Below are positions 27,133-34,731 of a DNA stretch of 40,125 nt, in pieces. The DNA comes from Rickettsiales bacterium. Lineage in GTDB: Bacteria > Pseudomonadota > Alphaproteobacteria > Rickettsiales > UBA1997. Position 1 is the first letter of the stretch. Every line of letters begins with the position of its first letter. The notes below the pieces were generated by a model. The model did not search any database. It saw only the letters and a program-made list of their open reading frames with translations, and had not been told where the DNA came from. A program made the position numbers and the translations under genes. The stretch covers positions 1-40,125 of the forward strand of contig JAUMFK010000005.1 of the NCBI GenBank assembly GCA_032119875.1. Direction: 5' to 3'.

Positions 27133-27277
27133 TATTTTCAAAAAAATTTATGGTTAGAATTTTTTGTGTTTTTCAATACAAAAAATCTTTGTAAATTTTT
27201 ATTGATTTATAGGTTAAAAAATATTTAGCTGTTTCGTTAAATTACCTATTTTTCTGCAATTAAAATAACATAAAAAT

Positions 27278-27481
27278 ATGCCAAAAGTTAAAACAAACAG
27301 TGGTGCCAAAAAGCGATTTCGCATTACAGCTACTGGTAAAATATCTCATAAACAAGCAGGTAAAAGGCACAATCTTAATAAAAAAAGCCAAAGCCAAATT
27401 CGCAAACTACGAAAGTCTGCTATTTTATCAGAAGGTCATTCTGCTAGCATTTTAAAATTTAAAATGCCTTACAATCGTTAA
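27278..27481 (+). CDS. rpmI: 50S ribosomal protein L35
   Basis: 'MPKVKTNSGAKKRFRITATGKI'. 67 aa, basic, and followed by rplT. Confidence 0.9.
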   Translation: MPKVKTNSGAKKRFRITATGKISHKQAGKRHNLNKKSQSQIRKLRKSAILSEGHSASILKFKMPYNR

Positions 27482-27505
27482 TTTCAATTTATTATTTTTT
27501 AGTTT

Positions 27506-27868
27506 ATGAGTAGAGTAAAAAGAGGTGTTGCCAAAAAAGCCAGACACAAAAAAATCTTAAAAATGGCAAAAGGTTATCGCGGAAGAGCAAAAAATTGTTT
27601 TCGTGTAGCCATTGAAAAAGTCGAAAAAGCATTGCAATATGCCTATCGCGATCGTAAAGTTAGAAAAAGAGATATGCGAGGCTTATGGATTCAACGTATC
27701 AATGCTGCGGTGCGTCAACAAGATTTAATTTATTCGCAATTTATTAATGGCTTAAAACTTGCTAAAATCGATCTCGATCGCAAAGTATTGGCCGATCTAG
27801 CTGTGCATCAACCAGAAACTTTTACAAATATTATAGAAAAAGTTAAAAAGGCTTTAGCCACATCTTAA
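27506..27868 (+). CDS. rplT: 50S ribosomal protein L20
   Basis: '[26 protein letters not shown]' and 'YAYRDRK'. Confidence 0.92.
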   Translation: MSRVKRGVAKKARHKKILKMAKGYRGRAKNCFRVAIEKVEKALQYAYRDRKVRKRDMRGLWIQRINAAVRQQDLIYSQFINGLKLAKIDLDRKVLADLAVHQPETFTNIIEKVKKALATS

Positions 27869-27874
27869 TTTAAA

Positions 27875-28312
27875 ATGATAGCTTATAATGCTTTATTAAA
27901 ACAAAATAACTACGGTAAAGTAGAAGAATTTTTACTTATCAAAGAAAGCTCTTTTTCTTGGTCAGCTTTCTTTTTTGGTTTTTTTTGGTTTTTATATCAA
28001 AAAATGTGGCAAGAAAGCTTACTTTACCTTGTTAATATTTGCATTATATTGCTATTGTGTCAGGTTTTAAAAATCAATCATTTCTGCTTGTTAATGCTTT
28101 TTCAGATAATGGCAAGTTTAAATGCCAATAACTGGAAATGTAATTATTTGCAAAATAAATTACACTACCATTATGCTGGTTTATTTTTTGCAAACAATGA
28201 TTTTGAAGCATTGCAAATGGCTATAAATAGCAAAACAACAACTAAACAATTTGATTTTTCTTTTAACAAATCTCAAAACTTTCAAAAAATTAAATTCTTC
28301 CACAAGAAATGA
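27875..28312 (+). CDS. Small membrane protein, DUF2628-like
   Basis: 'SFSWSAFFFGFFWFLYQKMW' followed by a second TM segment. This pattern is recalled from DUF2628 proteins of alphaproteobacteria. Confidence 0.45.
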   Translation: MIAYNALLKQNNYGKVEEFLLIKESSFSWSAFFFGFFWFLYQKMWQESLLYLVNICIILLLCQVLKINHFCLLMLFQIMASLNANNWKCNYLQNKLHYHYAGLFFANNDFEALQMAINSKTTTKQFDFSFNKSQNFQKIKFFHKK

Positions 28313-28944
28313 AATTAACCATCCTAGATTACGGTGCTGGCAATGTTGAATCGGTATTTAATGCCTTAACAACTGTTTCATCTAACAATAGCATCGAAAT
28401 TGTTGTTTCTAATAAAATTTCCGATTTGAAATCGTCTAGTTATTTTTTATTGCCTGGTGTTGGTGCATTTGGTGATTGTATGCAGGGTTTACGCAATATC
28501 GAAGGATTTGTTTTAGAATTGCGAAATCAAGTTTTGAATTTTAAAAAACCTTTCTTGGCAATTTGTGTTGGTATGCAAGTTTTAGCTTCGGTTGGCTTTG
28601 AAAACGGCGAACATCAAGGTTTAAATTTTATCAATGGGCGAGTTGAAAAAATCATCGAACCTAACCTAAAAGTTCCGCATATGGGCTGGAACAACCTAAT
28701 TATCAAAAACAATAAACATCCTATTTTAAAAAATATTAATAATGGTAGTGATTTTTATTTTGCAAATTCTTTTCATTTTACTTGCCAAAACGAAAATAAT
28801 TTACTGGCTTATGTTGAGTATGGCAACACTAAAATTACCGCAGTTGTTGCCAAAGATAACATCATTGGTGCTCAATTTCATCCAGAAAAAAGTGGTGAAA
28901 TTGGTTTGCAATTTTTAAATAATTTTTTGAATTGGCGACCATAA
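28309..28944 (+). CDS. hisH: Imidazole glycerol phosphate synthase glutaminase subunit HisH-like (class I amidotransferase)
   Basis: 'LLPGVGAFGDCM', nucleophile elbow 'LAICVGMQVL', 'VPHMGWN', 'GAQFHPEKS'. Confidence 0.8.
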   Translation: MKLTILDYGAGNVESVFNALTTVSSNNSIEIVVSNKISDLKSSSYFLLPGVGAFGDCMQGLRNIEGFVLELRNQVLNFKKPFLAICVGMQVLASVGFENGEHQGLNFINGRVEKIIEPNLKVPHMGWNNLIIKNNKHPILKNINNGSDFYFANSFHFTCQNENNLLAYVEYGNTKITAVVAKDNIIGAQFHPEKSGEIGLQFLNNFLNWRP

Positions 28945-29906
28945 TTTTTATGATAACCTTTCCTTACAATCTAAAACAAGCTATACTAGATTTAAAAAAA
29001 CAAAACAACAGCATAATTCTTGCGCATTTTTATCAAAATAGCGAAATACAAGATATTGCCGATTTTGTTGGCGATTCTCTTGATTTATCAAGAAAAGCTC
29101 TCAATAATAATGCTAATCAAATTGTTTTTTGTGGAGTAAAATTTATGGCAGAAGTGGCAAAAATTCTTTCTCCTCATAAACAAGTTTTAATTCCAGACAT
29201 TAAAGCAGGTTGCAGTCTTGAAGACTCTTGCAAACCAGTTGATTTTGCTTATTTTCGCTCTCTGCATCCTAAAGCAATTGCTCTTACCTACATTAACTGC
29301 TCTGCCGAAATCAAGGCACTTTCTGATATTATTGTTACTTCTACTAATGCAAAAAAAATTATCGAGCAGATTCCTCTCGATCAAGAAATTATCTTTGCTC
29401 CCGACCAACATTTAGGCAGGTTTATTGCCAAACAAACCAAGCGAAACTTAATTTTATGGCAAGGTAGTTGTTTGGTGCATGAAAGATTTAGCGAAAAAGA
29501 GCTTGTTAAACTTGCCACAAAACATCCTCTTGCCAAAATTATTGCCCACCCCGAATGCCCTGAAAGCTTATTAAATTATGCCCATCATATTGGCTCTACC
29601 TCTTCATTGCTTAATTATGTTTGCCAAAATAAAGGGGCAGAATTTATTGTTTTAACCGAGCCAAATATTATTCATCAAATGAAAATAGCCAACCCTTCTG
29701 CTACTTTTTATGATTGTCCTTTTGTTAATAATACTGGTTGCTCTGCTTGTAATACCTGCCCTTATATGCAACTAAACAGCCTAGAAAAAATTTATTTGGC
29801 AATGAAAGATATCAAGCAATCAACTTTTGGAGCCGAAATAAATTTATCACCACAATTAATTGCTTCTGCAAAAAAACCTTTAGAAAAAATGCTAGAAATG
29901 TCGTAA
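28932..29906 (+). CDS. nadA: Quinolinate synthase
   Basis: 'ILAHFYQNSEIQDIADFVGDSLDLS', 'VTSTNA', 'AHPECP'. The in-frame ATG at 28950 would remove the overlap with hisH. Confidence 0.85.
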   Translation: MATIIFMITFPYNLKQAILDLKKQNNSIILAHFYQNSEIQDIADFVGDSLDLSRKALNNNANQIVFCGVKFMAEVAKILSPHKQVLIPDIKAGCSLEDSCKPVDFAYFRSLHPKAIALTYINCSAEIKALSDIIVTSTNAKKIIEQIPLDQEIIFAPDQHLGRFIAKQTKRNLILWQGSCLVHERFSEKELVKLATKHPLAKIIAHPECPESLLNYAHHIGSTSSLLNYVCQNKGAEFIVLTEPNIIHQMKIANPSATFYDCPFVNNTGCSACNTCPYMQLNSLEKIYLAMKDIKQSTFGAEINLSPQLIASAKKPLEKMLEMS

Positions 29907-29909
29907 AAA

Positions 29910-30110
29910 ATGCAAATAATTTTAAACGGTGAAAAAACAATCATCCACAACAACATCAGCATTGGCAATTTGTTGCAACAATTTGGGCTAGATCGCACTA
30001 AAGTTGCGGTAGAACTCAATCAAAATTTAGTTTTACATCATAATTTTGATAACACTATCATTTCTCAAAACGATATTATTGAAATAGTTCATTTTATTGG
30101 CGGAGGTTAA
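29910..30110 (+). CDS. thiS: Sulfur-carrier protein ThiS
   Basis: 66 aa. 'MQIILNGEK..VAVELNQNLV..DIIEIVHFIGGG' ends in Gly-Gly. Confidence 0.8.
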   Translation: MQIILNGEKTIIHNNISIGNLLQQFGLDRTKVAVELNQNLVLHHNFDNTIISQNDIIEIVHFIGGG

Positions 30111-30115
30111 AAATA

Positions 30116-30775
30116 TTGACTATTCTTACAAAAAAATATTTTGATAATAAAATTGCCGAAACATTTAAAAACTATCGTTTACCAAATAGGCAAATCAAAA
30201 TAGTTGCAGTAAGCAAAACTGTTTCAAAAGAGCAGATTTTGCAAGCAATAAATGAAGGTTATAATTGTTTTGGTGAAAATTATTGTCAAGAAGCCAAGCA
30301 AAAATGGCCCTCAATTTTAGCTCAATTTCCCCATCTTGAATTACAATTTATTGGCAATTTACAAAGCAATAAAATTAAAGAAATTGTTAGTTTATTTAGC
30401 ACTATTGCCACTTTGCACAGCCAAAAAAATGCCTTGTTATTAAAACAAGAAATTGAAAAACAACAAAAAAAACTGGCTATTTTTATTCAGGTAAATATTG
30501 GTTCTGAACCACAAAAAGGCGGTATTTTACCAACCGAAGTTGCTGATTTTTATAACTTTTGCCAAGAAATATCGTTGCCAATTAATGGCCTTATGTGCAT
30601 TCCCCCGCACAACACTCAACAGCCAGGCCCTTATTTTGCCTTGATGCAAAAAATAGCCAACCAACTTAATTTATTAGAGCTTTCTATGGGTATGTCTGCC
30701 GATTTTTGCCATGCTTTGCCACTTGGTGCAACTCAAATTAGGCTTGGTTCGGCTATTTTTGGTGAACGAAAATAA
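30116..30775 (+). CDS. yggS: YggS-family pyridoxal-phosphate homeostasis protein
   Basis: 'KIVAVSKTVSKEQILQAINEGYNCFGENYCQE' and 'LSMGMSADF'. TTG start lies 9 nt after a GGAGG at 30102-30106. Confidence 0.8.
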   Translation: MTILTKKYFDNKIAETFKNYRLPNRQIKIVAVSKTVSKEQILQAINEGYNCFGENYCQEAKQKWPSILAQFPHLELQFIGNLQSNKIKEIVSLFSTIATLHSQKNALLLKQEIEKQQKKLAIFIQVNIGSEPQKGGILPTEVADFYNFCQEISLPINGLMCIPPHNTQQPGPYFALMQKIANQLNLLELSMGMSADFCHALPLGATQIRLGSAIFGERK

Positions 30776-30777
30776 TT

Positions 30778-31521
30778 TTATTTTTTTTGCACAACAACAT
30801 AACCACGATATTTTTTGCCATCCAAGGTGTTCATGGCAGAAACAATATCGGCAACCGCAACCCATTGCCACTGATTTTTATGCAAAGCAACATCTAAAAC
30901 CAAAACTTCATCGGTATCTTGCTGATAGGCAGCTATCAAAGACATATGACCTCTGGTTTTATTTTTTAAAACTAAACCATCAAAATTGATGACTAAAAAA
31001 GAGTTGCTATCGGTTGTTACTGTTTTTACAATTTCAAGAAATTTATTAGCATCAGAATTATTTTGATAATAAATTTTAGTTTTTAACGAATAAGCTTGTT
31101 CTAAAATTTTAGCAAAATCGCCCAAGCTCATACCGGAATCGTATTCATTGTTTTTATTAGGTTTTTTAAATTCAATGATATCTTGATGTTTGATTTGATT
31201 GGTTTTATCATTAAAAAAATTATCTTGACTAAACAAAGGAAAAGCAACAACTTCGCCATTAGGTTTGGTTATTTGATGATTAATATTACTAGGAATATCG
31301 GGGTAATTAAAAACATTTAACAATGTGGCAGCAACCGCAACGGCACAATAAATAGGGTTATTTTGTGACTGATAAAAATTTACTAGTTGGTAAAAATCAT
31401 TTTTATATTGACTAGTTTCAAATTTTTTAATACCATTAGCAGAATTCCAAACTTCGGAAGCGAAAGAATTTTTAAAACTAAATAAAACCACAAAAAACAA
31501 AATTTTTATAGCATGTTTCAT
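30778..31521 (-). CDS. Signal-peptide-bearing phytochelatin-synthase-like (papain-fold, PF05023-like) protein
   Basis: Signal 'MKHAIKILFFVVLFSFKNSFA|SE'. Cys context 'QNNPIYCAVAVAATLLN'. 'RGHMSLIAAYQQDTDEVLVLDVA' places His and Asp 18 residues apart, as in the PCS Cys-His-Asp triad. C-terminal 'AMNTLDGKKYRGY'. Confidence 0.65.
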   Translation of the reverse strand: MKHAIKILFFVVLFSFKNSFASEVWNSANGIKKFETSQYKNDFYQLVNFYQSQNNPIYCAVAVAATLLNVFNYPDIPSNINHQITKPNGEVVAFPLFSQDNFFNDKTNQIKHQDIIEFKKPNKNNEYDSGMSLGDFAKILEQAYSLKTKIYYQNNSDANKFLEIVKTVTTDSNSFLVINFDGLVLKNKTRGHMSLIAAYQQDTDEVLVLDVALHKNQWQWVAVADIVSAMNTLDGKKYRGYVVVQKK

Positions 31522-32448
31522 AAATTAAAAGATAATATTTGCGATTTAGATGTAATAAAACTACTAAACTCTTTTGTTAATTTTTTAGAGAAAGAAAAAA
31601 AATTTAGCCAAAATACTATTGAAGCATATCAAAATGATTTATATAATTTTATTGAATATATTTTTATAAGTAAAGATAAAATTATTACCTATAAAAATAT
31701 TAACAATTTAAATATTTATGATTATCGAAACTGGTTTGGCAACAGAATAAACAATGGCTACAGCAATACTTCTAATGCTAGAGCTGTTGCGGTATTAAGG
31801 TGTTTTTTTAATTTTTTGCAACAACACAAAATAATGGTGAACCAAGAGATTTTTAAATTAAAAATCCCTAAAATTGCCAAAACTATTCCAAAACCACTAG
31901 AACATTGTCAAATAGAAAATATTTTAAATAATGTAGATGATTTATTTAAACAAGAATGGCAAAGAAATCGAGAAAAATTAATTATTTTACTGGCTTACGG
32001 TTGCGGGCTACGAATTTCAGAAATATTATCGCTTACTAAAACTGATTTTGAAAATCAAGAACATTTAATTATTTGCGGCAAAGGCTCTAAACAGCGGTTA
32101 GTGCCAATACTGCCAATCATTAATATTTATGCTCAAAAATATTTTGCATCTTGCCCATTTTTATTAAAGCAAGATTCTAAAATATTTATGAATTTACAAG
32201 GAAAAATTTATAACAGAAGATCGTTTGCCAATACAATGATAAAACTCAAGATAAAACTGAATTTACCTGCAAAATCTTCGGCTCATAGCCTCCGCCACTC
32301 TTTTGCTACTGTGCTACTTGAAAATAATGCCGATTTACGAGCTATACAGCAACTTCTTGGCCATAGTAATTTATCAACCACCGAGAGATATACCAAGGTT
32401 AACAAGCAAAAACTACTTGCCGATTTTCATAAATTTAGTGAAAGGTAA
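31513..32448 (+). CDS. XerC/XerD-family tyrosine site-specific recombinase
   Basis: 'FSQNTIEAYQNDL', 'GLRISE', 'HSLRHSFATVLLENNADLRAIQQLLGHSNLSTTERYTKV' (R-H-R-H-Y catalytic set). Confidence 0.85.
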   Translation: MFHKLKDNICDLDVIKLLNSFVNFLEKEKKFSQNTIEAYQNDLYNFIEYIFISKDKIITYKNINNLNIYDYRNWFGNRINNGYSNTSNARAVAVLRCFFNFLQQHKIMVNQEIFKLKIPKIAKTIPKPLEHCQIENILNNVDDLFKQEWQRNREKLIILLAYGCGLRISEILSLTKTDFENQEHLIICGKGSKQRLVPILPIINIYAQKYFASCPFLLKQDSKIFMNLQGKIYNRRSFANTMIKLKIKLNLPAKSSAHSLRHSFATVLLENNADLRAIQQLLGHSNLSTTERYTKVNKQKLLADFHKFSER

Positions 32449-32454
32449 AAATTT

Positions 32455-32513
32455 ATACCATTTCAACTTAAAATACATTGCTAGATTAATTAATTTTAAA
32501 GTTGAAATGGTAT
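32455..32513. repeat. 59-nt palindromic element, copy B (between the convergent xer and TonB-receptor genes)
   Basis: 'ataccatttcaacttaaaat...ttttaaagttgaaatggtat'. A perfect 13-bp stem core extends to about 19 bp with one bulge. It could act as a bidirectional terminator. Confidence 0.75.
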
Positions 32514-32521
32514 TATACAAC

Positions 32522-34624
32522 TTAAAAACTACCTAACCAACTTAATTTTATAGCCAGTGGTGAGCCGGGTTGTAAATTGTTATTATTGTGAGCGGTAATT
32601 GTGTAATGCTTATTTAAGGCATTTTCAATATTTAATTGCAATTGATGATTTTCGTTAAGTTGATAATAAGTTGCTAAATCAAGCCTAGTAAAACCTTTTA
32701 ATTTTACAGTGTTGTCGGCTCCTGCAAATTGCGAACCTTGTTTTATCACTCCAGCTGCTGCACTAAATTTTTTGGTTAATTGATATTTGTTCCATACAGC
32801 AAGTATTTGCGAAGGAAACAAGGCAACCAAAGCTCCTTTATGAGCAGAAGAAGTGCTTGAAACCACTCTTGCTTGTTGCCAACTTTGCGAAACAATGGTT
32901 TGCCAGTTTTTGTTAATATTGCCATTTAGCGAAAGTTCTAATCCTTTGGTGGTGGTTTGCCCTGTGGCAATCATCATGCCAGCATTGTTAGGATCATTTG
33001 CCCTAGTATTTTTACGATCTAACTGATAAATTGCCGAAGTAAAATTTAGATTTTTATTGAGATCGAATTTTGCTCCAAGTTCGTAGTTGTGTAGTTTTTC
33101 TGGTTTGAGCATTTTTGCCACAGAATCTAGGCTAGAAAATTGATCGCCAGCACTTGGTAAATAACTAGTTGAATAGCTAGTATAAATAGAAAGTTCTTCT
33201 TGTGGCTTAAAAACTATTCCAAATCTGGGTGAAATTAAGTTATCAGCCCTGCTAAATTGCTGATTGTTGACTTGGTTATTAGTTTTGGCTAAAAATCGAT
33301 CAAAACGAATACCTGCCAATATTTGCCAATATTGATTGAGATCGATTTTATTTTGAGCATAAATTCCTAAAATTTGGTTGTTTGATTGACTATTAATATC
33401 GGAGTTGGCAAATTTATAGGTAATGGCGGTATTACTGAGGGGATTATTAATATTTAAGCTAGAAATAGTATTTGTGTTATTAAAAAAGCCAGTTTTTCTT
33501 ATGTTTTCGGTTTGCTGTTTTGTAATTTCAAAACCTAATAAAGCGGTGTTTAAAACATTAAAAGCTTTAAATTTATAAATTGCATCGGTTTGATTAGTTA
33601 TGGTGTTGCGATTTTGCTTGATGTTATAGGCAGAAATATTAAAATTACCAAAATTATTTATAGAGCTAGAAGCATAAACATTTTGATAAAATTTATTGCC
33701 ATGGCTAAATCTGGTGTGGTTTTTGATTTGCAAATTTTGATTAGCATCATATAAAACCAAGGCAGAAATACTGTTAATTTCGGCATCGGAGGTGTTTTCA
33801 TTAAAGTTGCCAACAAATAATTTTGGGTTAACTTTTAAAGCCAAATTATTTTGCGAGGGCAAGCCTCTGTCGTTAAAGCGATTATCATAAAAATATTCGT
33901 AGCCAAGCCTAATTTCGGTTTTTTGATTAGGATTAAAAGTAAAAGTAGGATTAATACCATGGCGATTTAAATAGCCATAATTACGAAAAGTATTAGATTT
34001 TTCATAGATCGAGTTAACACGAAAAGCAGATGTTTTGCTGATTTTATCGGCTAAATCTAGGCTTATTCTTTGCTGATTAAACGAACCAACAGTAGTGGTA
34101 AAATTTCGTTTTTGCTTACCATCGGCATATTTACTCACTCGGTTCACTACTCCGCCACTACCACCTCTGCCAAAAGCCAAAGCATTAGGGCCTTTTAAAA
34201 ATTCAATATTTTCGATATTATAAAAATCGCGAAAATATTGCAGATCGTCTCTGGCTTGATCAACAAAAAAATCGGCCGTGGTGTTATTGCCCCTGATGTT
34301 TATTTGATCTCTATTGCTTTCGCCTTGTAAAACCGATATCCCTGGCACATATTGTGAAGCAGAAGCTAAATTGGTAATTTGCTGATCGGCAATTTGTGTG
34401 GCAGAAACCACCGAAATGGCTTGCGGAGTATCAAGCAACGGCATATTAATTTTAGTTGCCGAATTGCTTTTGGAAATAAAATAGCCAGAATCTGCTTTTT
34501 CACTTTCGCCAATTACATTAACAGTGGGGAGTTTTTTGAGATTTTTTGTAGATTGAGCAAAAGTTTGGCAAGAAACAAAAAACAACAAAAATAATAAGAA
34601 AGGAATTTGTTTGATATTAAGCAT
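32522..34624 (-). CDS. TonB-dependent outer-membrane receptor (siderophore-receptor-like)
   Basis: Signal 'FVSCQTFAQS', TonB-box-like 'LPTVNVIGE', plug 'FGRGGSGGVVNRVSK'. Long beta-barrel ending in a terminal Phe ('LSWLGSF'). Confidence 0.85.
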   Translation of the reverse strand: MLNIKQIPFLLFLLFFVSCQTFAQSTKNLKKLPTVNVIGESEKADSGYFISKSNSATKINMPLLDTPQAISVVSATQIADQQITNLASASQYVPGISVLQGESNRDQINIRGNNTTADFFVDQARDDLQYFRDFYNIENIEFLKGPNALAFGRGGSGGVVNRVSKYADGKQKRNFTTTVGSFNQQRISLDLADKISKTSAFRVNSIYEKSNTFRNYGYLNRHGINPTFTFNPNQKTEIRLGYEYFYDNRFNDRGLPSQNNLALKVNPKLFVGNFNENTSDAEINSISALVLYDANQNLQIKNHTRFSHGNKFYQNVYASSSINNFGNFNISAYNIKQNRNTITNQTDAIYKFKAFNVLNTALLGFEITKQQTENIRKTGFFNNTNTISSLNINNPLSNTAITYKFANSDINSQSNNQILGIYAQNKIDLNQYWQILAGIRFDRFLAKTNNQVNNQQFSRADNLISPRFGIVFKPQEELSIYTSYSTSYLPSAGDQFSSLDSVAKMLKPEKLHNYELGAKFDLNKNLNFTSAIYQLDRKNTRANDPNNAGMMIATGQTTTKGLELSLNGNINKNWQTIVSQSWQQARVVSSTSSAHKGALVALFPSQILAVWNKYQLTKKFSAAAGVIKQGSQFAGADNTVKLKGFTRLDLATYYQLNENHQLQLNIENALNKHYTITAHNNNNLQPGSPLAIKLSWLGSF

Positions 34625-34647
34625 TTTTGTTTAGTAAAAATTAAAAT

Positions 34648-34666
34648 GAAAATGATTATCAATTTT
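34648..34666. promoter_or_regulatory. Fur-box-like sequence 24-42 nt upstream of the TonB-dependent receptor start
   Basis: 'gaaaatgattatcaatttt' matches 14/19 to GATAATGATAATCATTATC. The AT-rich background weakens the call. Confidence 0.3.
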
Positions 34667-34701
34667 AATTATCAAAAATATTTTTGTCAATAACTTTATG
34701 T

Positions 34702-34731
34702 AAAACAAATTTGCGATGCAACAGTGCCATT
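34702..34731 (+). repeat. 30-nt motif, copy 2 (overlaps the stop codon of the 473-aa orphan gene)
   Basis: 'aaaacaaatttgcgatgcaacagtgccatt'. Confidence 0.6.

Noticed and set aside
26969-27277. A replication origin at the divergent fusA / rpmI spacer (309-bp AT-rich gap with a strand switch).
   Set aside because: I found no DnaA-box-like 9-mers (TTATCCACA / TGTGGATAA or close variants). Strand switches also occur several other times in the window.
29187-32536. ORFs 29187..29411, 29218..29415, 29792..30019, 30674..30871, 30711..30989 and 32303..32536.
   Set aside because: They overlap nadA, thiS, yggS, the PCS-like gene or the xer gene in other frames. ORF 32303..32536 reads through the palindromic repeat. 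There is no coding evidence.
34702-34731. A sigma-54 promoter-like string on the minus strand of the 30-nt motif ('TGGCACTGTTGCA'), next to an NtrC-family regulator.
   Set aside because: The GG and GC elements are separated by a spacer of only 2 nt. The canonical TGGCAC-N5-TTGC has about 5 nt. The adjacent regulator also lacks the GAFTGA loop needed to activate sigma-54. I therefore did not call it a -24/-12 promoter.
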